IMG/VR virus record: IMGVR_UViG_3300003324_000465
Coordinates: 42,877 to 106,876 of that record
DNA from: a virus
Strand: one strand, 5' to 3'
Length of the DNA: 64,000 nt
Each line of letters opens with the position of its first letter. Position 1 is the first letter of the stretch. The position numbers and the translations under genes are program-made. The notes below the pieces were generated by a model, which saw only the letters and a program-made list of their open reading frames with translations, was not told the origin of the DNA and searched no databases. Of the stretch, positions 31,372 through 41,929 are shown piece by piece.

Positions 31372-32367
31372 TTAGGTATTAGTCTTAATAACTGCAATAG
31401 CCTCTACGTCATCCACCCATAAGCCGTATCCTTGCCAGCTATGTAATACATAGTTCGGTGGTTGAGTACTAGGATCAGTATAGTCTTGGTATTCGGTTCC
31501 GCCCATTAACAACACTTCTCCAACCTGATCACCGATTACAAGAATCTTGTCAGTAGGGATCATACGCTGCTCTGATGATAACAACGTTCCAGTTGCATTA
31601 GCAGGTAAGCGGTTGCGGTAAACCTGTGGTAACTCTACCAACGGAATACCCTTATAGGTCGATACTCTACCAGTATTTGAAAATTCATCAAAAGCGCGTG
31701 TTACAGGGAACATTGCACGATCAGGATTATTACCGCTTCCACCTAACACAAACTCACGATACTGAGCAAATGTATAAATCGGTAACAGCGCCCTGCGTGA
31801 TCCTACAATTGAACGAACACTACCAGTGTGATCTAACAATGTTTCAATTGCACTATCAAGCATTGTGGATGTAACACCTGTTGACGATCCATCAAAATAG
31901 TTATTAGGCGTATCTGTACTATTCCATACTGTTGAAAGCAGTGTAAATACCTTAGATACAAGCTCATCAAATATATCTGCGCGCAATTCTGTACGCATCT
32001 GTTCGATTGTGCCTACTTCACCGCTCTGAATTTCCCATAAACTATGAGAAGTACCAGCTACAAGACGATCAGCTAAATACGTTTCCTGCTCCAAGTAGCT
32101 TAACACATCAGTTAGATGCTTTGCGCCAGGGGTAAATGTACGTACAGGGTAACGACCACGACGTACACGACGGCCACGCCGATCGCCAGGCTTCATTGTT
32201 CTTGTAGGCATAAAAGCGGAAAAAAGCTCAAGTGACAAGTGATTAGGCTGAACAATTTCCATTACCAGATCACTATATGCTGAACGAGTAGGGCGCGTTA
32301 CGCTGCCTCCCATTCCTGCTGTCTTGCTTACTTCTGCTACAGCCCGTTGTAATTTCTCACGATCCAT
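31372..32367 (-). CDS. major capsid protein
   Basis: 331 aa, follows the protease/scaffold and decoration genes, followed by a terminator; TYKGIPLVELP HK97-fold-like segment. Confidence 0.8.
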   Translation of the reverse strand: MDREKLQRAVAEVSKTAGMGGSVTRPTRSAYSDLVMEIVQPNHLSLELFSAFMPTRTMKPGDRRGRRVRRGRYPVRTFTPGAKHLTDVLSYLEQETYLADRLVAGTSHSLWEIQSGEVGTIEQMRTELRADIFDELVSKVFTLLSTVWNSTDTPNNYFDGSSTGVTSTMLDSAIETLLDHTGSVRSIVGSRRALLPIYTFAQYREFVLGGSGNNPDRAMFPVTRAFDEFSNTGRVSTYKGIPLVELPQVYRNRLPANATGTLLSSEQRMIPTDKILVIGDQVGEVLLMGGTEYQDYTDPSTQPPNYVLHSWQGYGLWVDDVEAIAVIKTNT

Positions 32368-32387
32368 AATTATTTCTTATTTACCTC

Positions 32388-32918
32388 TTAATGCCATAGT
32401 GTAATGACAAGTGTATCATTTACCGGCTGATATTCTTCTACCATACCTACAGCATTAGCACCACTTGTATATACCCATACACCACCAGCGCCAACTGCAA
32501 TTAAATTGCCGGGTACTCTAATATTAGCACTATCTGTATATGTGCCTGATGGAATTGCGTATGTACCGCCACGCTCCATATTTGCTAATTCACCAGATTC
32601 TAGTGTAGGATTCCATAATGTACTCTTACCTACATCGTACATAGTACGTGTATGAATAGGCTCACTAAATCCACTACGGAAATTAACTACCCGCGTTGAA
32701 GGAGCAGTATACATTCGTGAATCTGTAGGGCGACTGAAATCATCTGGTCCCTTGATAACAATACCTACATTGTTTACTGCATTTGCGCCTGCTTTCATAA
32801 GTACAGGCAAATCGTTATGCACACCGCTTTGTGTAGGAACTACTGCAAGACCTTCTTGCATTGTCTCTCCTACTACACCGCCACGTACATAGTCACTTAG
32901 TCTTGAAACATGTGCCAT
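32388..32918 (-). CDS. capsid decoration/cement protein (probable)
   Basis: Gly-rich beta protein directly upstream of the capsid gene. Confidence 0.55.
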   Translation of the reverse strand: MAHVSRLSDYVRGGVVGETMQEGLAVVPTQSGVHNDLPVLMKAGANAVNNVGIVIKGPDDFSRPTDSRMYTAPSTRVVNFRSGFSEPIHTRTMYDVGKSTLWNPTLESGELANMERGGTYAIPSGTYTDSANIRVPGNLIAVGAGGVWVYTSGANAVGMVEEYQPVNDTLVITLWH

Positions 32919-32924
32919 GTTCTA

Positions 32925-34034
32925 TTAACCTCTTAATGTTTCTCTATATGCTTTCGCAATATCTGTTATACTGTAATTATTATCTGTTGACATTGGTTCC
33001 GGTATAACAATCTTCTTTTGTTCTGCTTGCGCAGATACTTTGCGCACTGACAATAAATCATTGATATATGTATTGAACATTGCTTCATCCATATTCATAT
33101 ACATATCAATTTTATCTTGTGTACCTTTAAATGTATCTGATGTAATATCTAATCCTGCATCAGACAATTTTTGTGTACGTTCTTTGATAAGCTGCGCCCG
33201 CTCGTTATTTTGCTTTTCTTCTGTAAGTGTTGCAACTTCGCTTTTTAATTGCTCTGCTAATCCTGCTTTTTCTTTCAAAGTTTTAATCTGATCAGCAAGT
33301 TTACTTAGTTTCTCCGCAAATTGCGCTGCAATTTTACCAATGTCACGTTCTACTGTTGCTTGTTCAATTTCAAATGTTTCTGTGAAGAGTGTATCAATAC
33401 CTTCCCACATACGAAACATTGTGTCTTGCACGTTAAGCAATTCTGTTCTTAACGCTTCAACGTCAACCGTAGATTGCGCACTTTCTTCTGTTTTACTCAT
33501 TGTTGCCTCATCTTGCGTATCTCGCATTTTTTCTGCAATAGCAAGTATTCTAGTTCTATTTGGTCCGTATGCCGGTGTTTCAACAACGCATGTAGCTGCA
33601 AATGTACAGTTATTTAACCATTCAACGCCATTATTATCTTTATTTGATTCCTCAAAATACATTTCCCATGAAGTCCCTACACCCTCATCTAATGTGGCTA
33701 TTAAATGTTCACTTACATCCTTATACAGTTCATTCCATATAATTGCCTCACCCATGATAACTTCGCGCCCATTATCTGTACCGATATATGCGCTTGTAAT
33801 AGGTCCTACAGGAAATGCACCTTTATGACCTAAGTAACCATCTCCGGTAAAATTTATCTTTAATGGTTGATTGAGTGCTGTACGTATAATGTTTTCGGCT
33901 TCTGAGCGTGGAATAGCTTGCCTATTACCATTTGGCTCAAAGTCAGTTAAAATAAGTGATAACTTCGTCTGGAATGGATGCGCTTGATCCGCTACGGCTT
34001 TAACAAATCCTCTTGTGTGTATTGTATGTGCCAT
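32925..34034 (-). CDS. prohead protease fused to a scaffold coiled coil
   Basis: PNGN, GHKG..VGPI, GTSWEM, ETPAY protease-like motifs plus C-terminal coiled coil. Confidence 0.75.
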   Translation of the reverse strand: MAHTIHTRGFVKAVADQAHPFQTKLSLILTDFEPNGNRQAIPRSEAENIIRTALNQPLKINFTGDGYLGHKGAFPVGPITSAYIGTDNGREVIMGEAIIWNELYKDVSEHLIATLDEGVGTSWEMYFEESNKDNNGVEWLNNCTFAATCVVETPAYGPNRTRILAIAEKMRDTQDEATMSKTEESAQSTVDVEALRTELLNVQDTMFRMWEGIDTLFTETFEIEQATVERDIGKIAAQFAEKLSKLADQIKTLKEKAGLAEQLKSEVATLTEEKQNNERAQLIKERTQKLSDAGLDITSDTFKGTQDKIDMYMNMDEAMFNTYINDLLSVRKVSAQAEQKKIVIPEPMSTDNNYSITDIAKAYRETLRG

Positions 34035-34325
34035 ATTTTTACCCAAATAAAAAAGGACCGCATTATTACATGTGATCCTTTAATACATCATTCACAATAT
34101 ACTCTACTTTACCCTGAACACGTTACCGTGAAGAATAAGTAATTTTTAAATACTCATCAAATGTAATACTTGGTTTAGGTGGTATCTCACTATACGTTAC
34201 AGCACCACAACGAACACACTTATACTCATTATGTACCATGTCTAACCATAAATGTGCATAAATACATGGTATAGAATGTACTAACCAGACAAGTGTATGA
34301 ATAATCCATGTAACTAGTTGTATAA

Positions 34326-36473
34326 TCATCGTATAGGGCAAGCTCCTGTAGCACAATCCGCATCAATAAGTTCAGACATAATATTTTCTCTTTCTATTTC
34401 CTTTAGTTCTTCTACTATATCTTCCATACATACATGTACTAATAATTGGGCGCGATTATTATACTCTTCTTCCGTAATAGCCTGTTCTGGCATTAATGGA
34501 TATGGAGTATCTGTATCAAATTTAGGTAAAAATGAAACTGCTATATAATCATCCCAATGTTCTAGCAAAGCATCTACAAGACTTTCTATTTCATCAGGCG
34601 CAAATGTAATCGTAATACTTGTATTATGTTCTGTCCAGTATTCTTGAAAATCTAAGTATCTATAGAATTGTGCTAATGCTGATTCTTCTGAAGCTTTTAT
34701 TTTTGCGGGCGTTTTTACAGGAAATTCAATAACCCATGTATTACTTTCATTCAATACGGCTAAACGTTCTGATTCATTCATGCTATCAAATTGATTAACA
34801 CTAGAACCATTACTACTGTTCTCAGGATAAACAGGATAGCCGTTATGCAACATAACTTTCGCTAATGGATCATGCGCGCTTATGCGTACTCTACGAATAC
34901 CATAAGGGAATGGGGAACGATGAACACCGCTAGACACGTATGGTAATTTACTTATTGTACCAGATGGTTTAATAGTGGTACTGAGTAATGGTATAGGAAT
35001 ACGCATCTCATACGCATAGCGCATTACTTCATTATCTGCGATATAACGTAACTGCTGTAATAGTAGTGATAACTCATCACTTATTGATAAACTGCGCGCA
35101 TTATTATCATGCCTCCATCCTAATGCTTCCTCGAAGTCCATAACACCAGATAAGGATACGCCAATGAGCCTATCGCGCTTCTGCATTTTATCCCATTCTG
35201 GTAAATCCAGTGCGATGTTTGTTTGCCGCATCCCAATACGTACAGCCATTTCAACAGCTTTCTTAAGCTCTTGCATATCGTAAGTAATAGTATTATCTAC
35301 GTTACGTGTTAAGAAAGCTGTCATATTTACTTCAGTTAAATTACAAACTCCCTTATCATCTAACAGTATTTCAGCGCATGGATTTAAACCTTTGAAATTA
35401 GGTCTGCGTTTTCTAGCTGCATCTGCGTTAATTATTCCTGGCTCGCCATTTGATTGAATACGCTTAAATATATCTAATAAATACTCTTTTGTAGGTTTAT
35501 TTTCAAAAAATATACTATTATTAGACATACTGCGCTGATCTTGCCCGTAATTAACAGAACCTTCTTTCCAAAGATCAACTTTTGCATTAAGTATTGTATC
35601 ATCATTCTGATCAAATAACGCTATTTCAGATGTTCTGCGCACTCCGCCGACTACAACATTTTTTCCAATGTGATTCATTATATCCATTGCATGTATTGGT
35701 AATAACTTGCCATCCTTCTTGGATTGTATTACTTTATGAATAGAATCAAACATATTTTGCAATGCTGTGTGCCCTGATGCTCTACCGCCAAATGTTTTCA
35801 GTATCTCACCACTAGGACGTACTGAATCATAATTGATTATAATAGAATCAAAATAGGGGCTTTGCATTGTTTCTAAATAATATTCCAATGCTTTTGTCCA
35901 TCCGTTTTTACTGTCTCCTACTTGTATATGTCTTATACTATTATAATCATGTTTTATTGTATCTTCTAAACGCAGTTCTTTAGGTCTTGCGTTATATGTA
36001 GTATGGATAAGTTTAATACCTGTATTTAGAGCGGGCAACTTTTCTACATCAGAAGAAAGAACGCGAAAACCTACGCCTGAACCTACCATGAGTAAATGAA
36101 AAGAATCAATAAATGCGCGTATACTATCAATAACAACAAAAGCGCAATTAAAATTTGCACTTCCAAATAGTTTTGCCGCTTCTGTACCTCCTATCCATAA
36201 TGTTCTACCGGCAGTAAATACACGTAAATTATACATGTTATCGAACATTTCTTCTGCTTCTTTACGCAATTCATCTTCTCTAGCAGGACCTTCGTAGAGT
36301 GACATAGAGTATTCTACAACCCTACGTACTGTTTCATGCCATTGCTCCCTACGCATACTCTGTTCTATCCATCTTGAATACGTGCGCAAATACACAAAAA
36401 AGCCTAAACCATTTCCCCCCCATGGAATAGACTTGTCTTTGTATTGATCAATAAATTGATCAGATAATAACAT
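34326..36473 (-). CDS. nrdJ: class II (B12-dependent) ribonucleotide reductase
   Basis: YLRTYSR, GRTLW, NFNC, GGVRRTSEI, NPCAEI, CNL, TIKPSGT, C-terminal CATGACPIR; no beta subunit nearby. Confidence 0.92.
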   Translation of the reverse strand: MLLSDQFIDQYKDKSIPWGGNGLGFFVYLRTYSRWIEQSMRREQWHETVRRVVEYSMSLYEGPAREDELRKEAEEMFDNMYNLRVFTAGRTLWIGGTEAAKLFGSANFNCAFVVIDSIRAFIDSFHLLMVGSGVGFRVLSSDVEKLPALNTGIKLIHTTYNARPKELRLEDTIKHDYNSIRHIQVGDSKNGWTKALEYYLETMQSPYFDSIIINYDSVRPSGEILKTFGGRASGHTALQNMFDSIHKVIQSKKDGKLLPIHAMDIMNHIGKNVVVGGVRRTSEIALFDQNDDTILNAKVDLWKEGSVNYGQDQRSMSNNSIFFENKPTKEYLLDIFKRIQSNGEPGIINADAARKRRPNFKGLNPCAEILLDDKGVCNLTEVNMTAFLTRNVDNTITYDMQELKKAVEMAVRIGMRQTNIALDLPEWDKMQKRDRLIGVSLSGVMDFEEALGWRHDNNARSLSISDELSLLLQQLRYIADNEVMRYAYEMRIPIPLLSTTIKPSGTISKLPYVSSGVHRSPFPYGIRRVRISAHDPLAKVMLHNGYPVYPENSSNGSSVNQFDSMNESERLAVLNESNTWVIEFPVKTPAKIKASEESALAQFYRYLDFQEYWTEHNTSITITFAPDEIESLVDALLEHWDDYIAVSFLPKFDTDTPYPLMPEQAITEEEYNNRAQLLVHVCMEDIVEELKEIERENIMSELIDADCATGACPIR

Positions 36474-36503
36474 AATAGCTCCATTAAAAATTAAAAGGCG
36501 TAG

Positions 36504-36722
36504 CTAACAACATCTTTCTACGCCATATGCTCTATTACTACGTGCTTGACTTTGATCTATAAATACACTAAGATTATGTAATATGGCTTCTATAACATCG
36601 GTAGATACATCTGTGTATATCGGATTGTATGGAAATTCGTCTTCACTTATCGATACATGTATATCTGTCATATACACATTATATGTACCTGACTCATTCT
36701 GGTGTAGTAGTATTGTTTTCAT
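36504..36722 (-). CDS. hypothetical protein
   Basis: Coupled ORF. Confidence 0.5.
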   Translation of the reverse strand: MKTILLHQNESGTYNVYMTDIHVSISEDEFPYNPIYTDVSTDVIEAILHNLSVFIDQSQARSNRAYGVERCC

Positions 36723-37008
36723 TTTTTGGTATTAACTCCACTTCCCATGTTATAGACTGTTCTATAAAAATACGCGCTATCTGTTCTATAAGCTGCATAC
36801 TTTCCAACGCTTTTGTTAATTCCTGTTGTATTGTATTTACGTCAATATAATCATTCTTCATATGATGAGTTATATCAATCGCAATTTTAAATGTTACAGG
36901 CGAAGCACTTGTCTTTACTTCAAATCGAATAATATTCTCTTTTACTGGTACTGCATTTACAACGGTAATCGTATTTATCATATTGTTATTATCTCCCTGA
37001 TGATCCAA
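36694..37008 (-). CDS. hypothetical protein
   Basis: Coupled ORF. Confidence 0.5.
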   Translation of the reverse strand: MDHQGDNNNMINTITVVNAVPVKENIIRFEVKTSASPVTFKIAIDITHHMKNDYIDVNTIQQELTKALESMQLIEQIARIFIEQSITWEVELIPKNENNTTTPE

Positions 37009-37738
37009 AACCTTTATTATCGCGGGCGGTCTTATCTAATTCCTGTACTTCTTGTACACCTGAAAATGTAATCGGGTAGATTATTAATTGTGCTATCCTA
37101 TCACCTTTTCTAATATATTGAACGCGCTGATCTAAATTATACAGTAATACAATGATTTCTCCTCTATATCCTTGATCTATAACTCCACCTAAGATAGTCA
37201 TAGATTTTGCACCTAATGAACTACGATCAGCTAGTCTTCCGTAAGTGTTCTCTGGTAATGCTATTGCTATTCCTGTGTGAATTTTTGTAAGTGTGAAGGG
37301 CTCTAATTCAGCGTCTTCGACGCTATATATATCAAGTCCTGCATCTGTTCTATTATTCCTCGTAGGTAGAATAGCATATTCAGATAATTTCTTTACTAAT
37401 ACAGGAGGGCCTAAACGTATTACTGGTGTTATAGTAAAACTTGGTGACTCAAACTCGTATATTTTAAATGATTCGGGAATTATAGTTTCTGTTATAGTAG
37501 CGCTAACCATTAAAAGCTTTGTATCTTTTTTAGTGAAAATAACATCACCAACATTGTCGTAGACAATTTTATTAGCTGATGGTTGCGATCTTAATAGATG
37601 TTTTACATGAGCATCTATATTAGTATTATTTAATACTATTCTTATTACATTATTCTTATTATCATACATAGATTCATCTATACTAATATCTTCATCTATA
37701 ATAATATCTTTTCCTTTTAGATTCATGATTATTGACAT
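36989..37738 (-). CDS. dut: trimeric dUTPase with N-terminal extension
   Basis: AGLDI, DRSSL, GVIDQGYRGEI, DRIAQL, RDNKGFGSSG. Confidence 0.92.
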   Translation of the reverse strand: MSIIMNLKGKDIIIDEDISIDESMYDNKNNVIRIVLNNTNIDAHVKHLLRSQPSANKIVYDNVGDVIFTKKDTKLLMVSATITETIIPESFKIYEFESPSFTITPVIRLGPPVLVKKLSEYAILPTRNNRTDAGLDIYSVEDAELEPFTLTKIHTGIAIALPENTYGRLADRSSLGAKSMTILGGVIDQGYRGEIIVLLYNLDQRVQYIRKGDRIAQLIIYPITFSGVQEVQELDKTARDNKGFGSSGR

Positions 37739-37992
37739 GTTATATATCCTTATTATATACTACTACATGATCTATACATATGATCATGTATAATGGCGTT
37801 TAAAGTTTAATTTTAAACGTCTACGACGTGTATTATTACGCATCTACGATGCATGTATTACATGCTCTATGCGCTGTAACACATTTTTTATAATGCCGAA
37901 GGTGCCCATCAATTATATTATAGGATGATTTCTGTGTAAATAGGTCTACAGATGTAACTTTATACTACTACTTCAGGAGTACATTTAAGAAA

Positions 37993-38433
37993 ATGGAAAA
38001 GACATGTATATTATGCCCCGCAAAAATACCAGTGAGAGATTATCAAAAAAAGCTTTGTTTTCCATGTTATAAAGAATATAGTCATTATATGAATGAGCCG
38101 TGGTTTTTGGAATTGGAAGTCATGCAGAAAAGACAGGATGCTATTGATCTCAGAGAATTGGAGTTAATAGAAATAGCACACGATACTAATATTACAGGTA
38201 AGCATGAACATCATGTGCGTTCACCTACAAGATCAGGGAGACTCGTAACAGATTGGCGCTTAGAACAAAAAGTATTAGATTTGTTCGATGAATCACTTGA
38301 AAATGGAAAACGTATATCTTTGCGGGCAATATCTAAAGCGCTAGATTATAAAGTGAAGTATGTTACAGTGCGTAGGATATTACTTGACTATCGTAAAGAG
38401 CAATTTTTGAAAAAAGTTCAAAAAGATATGTAG
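37993..38433 (+). CDS. Zn-binding HTH DNA-binding protein
   Basis: CILC..CFPC plus C-terminal ISLRAISKAL..YVTVRRIL HTH. Confidence 0.55.
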   Translation: MEKTCILCPAKIPVRDYQKKLCFPCYKEYSHYMNEPWFLELEVMQKRQDAIDLRELELIEIAHDTNITGKHEHHVRSPTRSGRLVTDWRLEQKVLDLFDESLENGKRISLRAISKALDYKVKYVTVRRILLDYRKEQFLKKVQKDM

Positions 38434-38477
38434 TAGGGATGTCAAACCCTATGCAAAGTATATAAAATTGGAGAAAT

Positions 38478-39152
38478 ATGGCAAGAAAAGCAAATTTTGA
38501 CACGAGATTTGAATTAACAATGCAAGAATACGGGAAGCGTTACGATATTGATTCATTAACGAATCCCAATGACCTTGCTAACTTACATACAATGATTCGT
38601 AATCAGCTTGTTATCGAAGAATTGCAAATAAAGATGCATGAACTAGCGTCTCAAGACGCTGTAGGTAATGCAGTAGACGTTAAGAAAATCAACGATAGCA
38701 TTGTAGCGCTATCACAAACAAACATGCAATACGAGAAAACACTAGGTATTGATCGGCGTACAAGGAAACAAGAGCAAGCTGAAACTATTACAGATTATAT
38801 TGCGCGCATTAAATTATTATCGAGAGAATTTCTAGATGAACATGATCGTTTGAAAAAAGTAATTTGTAAATACTGTGATATTATGATAGGACGTATATCC
38901 GGCGTCTATGATACAACGTATTATACTGCTTCGTTTCAATGTCCACAATGTAAGAAACAAACTGTTATAACACGCAAAGAAAGAGATATATTTTTTGATG
39001 TTAAAGATGCCGATTGGAGACGTAAATATCCAATAGAGATTGCGCAACCGAAGAAAGCAAAAGATCGGCCAGAATTACCGATAGCAGATAATGAATTGAT
39101 TATAGGTGTATATGACGAGGAAACGGATGAAAATATACAATCTCAATCGTAA
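38478..39152 (+). CDS. hypothetical Zn-ribbon protein, candidate terminase small subunit
   Basis: Upstream of the large terminase; helical N-terminus, CKYC/CPQC. Confidence 0.4.
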   Translation: MARKANFDTRFELTMQEYGKRYDIDSLTNPNDLANLHTMIRNQLVIEELQIKMHELASQDAVGNAVDVKKINDSIVALSQTNMQYEKTLGIDRRTRKQEQAETITDYIARIKLLSREFLDEHDRLKKVICKYCDIMIGRISGVYDTTYYTASFQCPQCKKQTVITRKERDIFFDVKDADWRRKYPIEIAQPKKAKDRPELPIADNELIIGVYDEETDENIQSQS

Positions 39153-39369
39153 ATTAGATATTACGGGAGTAAGTGGTACAGGTATTGTAGCAGAAGTGGT
39201 AGAATTTAGTGATGGTGTTTGTATCGTTCATTGGATAGGACATATGACATTATCAAATGTTTCTTCTATTGTTATTTATAATTCGCGGGCGGATTTATTA
39301 GCAGTACATGGTCATAATGGAAATACAGTATTAGAGGAAATACATGGCGCTACAACAGAAATTAGATGA
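39127..39369 (+). CDS. conserved phage hypothetical protein
   Basis: DITGVSGTGIVAEVVEFSDG...HGHNGNT pattern. Confidence 0.65.
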   Translation: MKIYNLNRKLDITGVSGTGIVAEVVEFSDGVCIVHWIGHMTLSNVSSIVIYNSRADLLAVHGHNGNTVLEEIHGATTEIR

Positions 39370-41929
39370 AGGCGATATAGCACTATTAGAAGTTATAGAA
39401 GATCCCGTTTGGCTAGGAGAGTTTCTTAGAAGTACAAATGATGGCGAAGTTGATAAAAAACTATGGCCTGCTAATAGATGGACATATAGAGATTATCAAA
39501 GACAGTTCTTGACTGATCAATACGCCTTTATTTTATATACTGGCGGTAGAAGCATTGGCAAGTGCTCTCCTGGCGGCTCAAGGATATATACAACACAAGG
39601 TTATCGCAAACTTAGTGATGTAGCACAAGATAAAGCCTTTATTGCCTATACCTTTACTCCTGATATGTTACTAGAACAGCGTAGGGCTGTATGTGTATTA
39701 GACAAAAGGGATAAAGCTTATTCTATACGTACAGAAGCGGGTCATGAATTTATTGGTACGAATAATCATCCTATTTTAACACCAGAAGGTTATAAGCTTA
39801 TACGCGATCTTAATGTAGATGATTATGTAGCAATCGCTACACATTTACCGCATGAAAGTACTCAAAGGGCATTTAGATGGCATGAATTGAGGATTTTTGG
39901 TTATATATCTTTAATAAAAGGATTTACTGTAGAGCAGCCCATAATACCACGATGGTCTTCAATAGGTAAAGAATTTGAATATATTGCAGATCAGTTGTTA
40001 TTAAATTGGCATAAATCTATAGAAACAGGAGCATATACATTTATACGGAAACTTGGAGGAAATTTTCCACATCCGTTAACATCTTTATTGAGACAAATAA
40101 GACAAGCTGAGAATTTGAAGCGTTATGGTGTTATAAAACGTATACCTGATATTATAAAAGCTGAATGCCTTGAGAATATACAGATAATGCTTGAGTCTAT
40201 GTTTTCACAGCATGCGGTACTATCACAGAATAGCGTAATATTAAAAACATATTCAAGATTATTTGCACAAGACATACAAGAGCTACTTCTGAGATTTGGT
40301 ATTGAATCTTCAATAAAACATACTACTGTATCTTTATTAGATACCCGCGCTATTTATAAATTCTATACAACATTTAATTTACCCGGTATTGGTATAGGTA
40401 GATTAAAAGAACCATCAGCAATAACACAACTAACGCCATTTATGCGCTTTGATCGTATTGTGCATAAATATCAAAGTCGTGTAGATGTACAAACATATGC
40501 AGTACATGTCTATGAGCATAATAACTATATTGGTGATAATTTTTTTGTACATAATTCAGTTGTACTAGAAGATAAAATTGTACATGAGATTGTTAATGCT
40601 GATATCGAATTTCCGCCGGAAGATCGCGAGTCAGTATTAGTTACACCTAATCAAGCGCAAATGACGCCGTTACTAGGTAAATTAAATGGTAGGTTTAATT
40701 CAAGTAAATTTTTGCGCAGTTATTTAGGTAAGGTTAATCGATCAGATGGTATTATGGAATTTCCAATCCAAGGAAAAAGTAGTAAACCTATGATATTTAA
40801 TTTTCGTATTGCAGGAAGTAACGGGGAGCGCAATATGGTTGGCTTGCACATACCTAAAATACGTGCAGATGAGACACAATTATTCCCTCTATTAGCATGG
40901 ACTCAGCTTATGCCTGCATTAAATACATGGCAAAAAGAAAAACAAATTGTTGCTGCTGGTGTACATAATGGTTTACGTAATAGTGTTTTATATTTGCTCG
41001 ATTATCAAACACCGAAATATAAAAAATATAGAATACCGAGTCATAATAATCCATACTATACATACGAAGATGATATAGATAACATACGTAAATATGGTGG
41101 AGAGCAAGATGATCGTTATCAAAACCTTGTATTAGGAAGGCCAGGAGCGGCTGCATTTCAAGTTATACCACGAGAAAGCATTATAACTGAAACATTTGCG
41201 TTTTCGCGGCAAGTATATAATTCAGGACATGTAAATAAAGGTATTAATTACGATGATGTACTACAAAGACCGTCACTACCAGAAGATACACAAACTGTTG
41301 TTATAGCTATAGATCCTGGATTTGTTGATCCCACCATTATACAAGTCATTGCGCGAGATAAAAAAGGTATATGGCGTACATATATACGTTATAGACTAAT
41401 ACGAATTGATTTTAATCAACAACAAAAAATTATTGATTGGGTAGCACACTATTATAATGCTGCGATAATAACAATAGATATTGGTGCTGGCGGTCAAGGT
41501 CCTTCTATAATGCATAATCTTATGCATGGAGATGAATATAAATCACGTAAATATGAATCACGCATGATAGGTGTTCAATTCAGTGAGCAAATAATATCAG
41601 GCTATGATGAAGAAGGTGAAGAAATAAAGCAAGATACCAAAGGTTATGCAGCTAATGAATTAGCAAAAATAGTACAAGAAGGGCGTTTAATATTTAGCGA
41701 ATTTGATCACGAAGGTGTATCGCAGCTTGAAAGGATAGCAAAACAAAAATCAACATCTGGCAAGGATAGATATTTTGTTTTAAATGATAAAGGTGCTGGC
41801 GCTGATGAGGAAGATCATATTTTTGCATCTTACATAACATTTGTTATGGCTATTAGGAATATTGTTACTAATCCACAATTGAAAAAACTAGGATCGCCTT
41901 CTAGCGCGATCACATATAATAAAGAATGA
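39344..41929 (+). CDS. terL: terminase large subunit (intein-containing)
   Basis: Walker A GGRSIGK/S split by the intein, Walker B RADE, nuclease AIDPG and DH motifs; precedes portal. Confidence 0.9.
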   Translation: MALQQKLDEGDIALLEVIEDPVWLGEFLRSTNDGEVDKKLWPANRWTYRDYQRQFLTDQYAFILYTGGRSIGKCSPGGSRIYTTQGYRKLSDVAQDKAFIAYTFTPDMLLEQRRAVCVLDKRDKAYSIRTEAGHEFIGTNNHPILTPEGYKLIRDLNVDDYVAIATHLPHESTQRAFRWHELRIFGYISLIKGFTVEQPIIPRWSSIGKEFEYIADQLLLNWHKSIETGAYTFIRKLGGNFPHPLTSLLRQIRQAENLKRYGVIKRIPDIIKAECLENIQIMLESMFSQHAVLSQNSVILKTYSRLFAQDIQELLLRFGIESSIKHTTVSLLDTRAIYKFYTTFNLPGIGIGRLKEPSAITQLTPFMRFDRIVHKYQSRVDVQTYAVHVYEHNNYIGDNFFVHNSVVLEDKIVHEIVNADIEFPPEDRESVLVTPNQAQMTPLLGKLNGRFNSSKFLRSYLGKVNRSDGIMEFPIQGKSSKPMIFNFRIAGSNGERNMVGLHIPKIRADETQLFPLLAWTQLMPALNTWQKEKQIVAAGVHNGLRNSVLYLLDYQTPKYKKYRIPSHNNPYYTYEDDIDNIRKYGGEQDDRYQNLVLGRPGAAAFQVIPRESIITETFAFSRQVYNSGHVNKGINYDDVLQRPSLPEDTQTVVIAIDPGFVDPTIIQVIARDKKGIWRTYIRYRLIRIDFNQQQKIIDWVAHYYNAAIITIDIGAGGQGPSIMHNLMHGDEYKSRKYESRMIGVQFSEQIISGYDEEGEEIKQDTKGYAANELAKIVQEGRLIFSEFDHEGVSQLERIAKQKSTSGKDRYFVLNDKGAGADEEDHIFASYITFVMAIRNIVTNPQLKKLGSPSSAITYNKE
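39563..40555 (+). mobile_element. intein (331 aa) with degenerate LAGLIDADG domain
   Basis: Starts CSPGGSRI after GK, block B TNNHPIL, IQELLLRFGI, ends FFVHN before Ser. Confidence 0.92.

Noticed and set aside
447-37562. Plus-strand ORF-track entries in the left arm (e.g. 8069..8419, 15503..16012, 33340..33828)
   Set aside because: Antisense shadows of well-supported minus-strand genes
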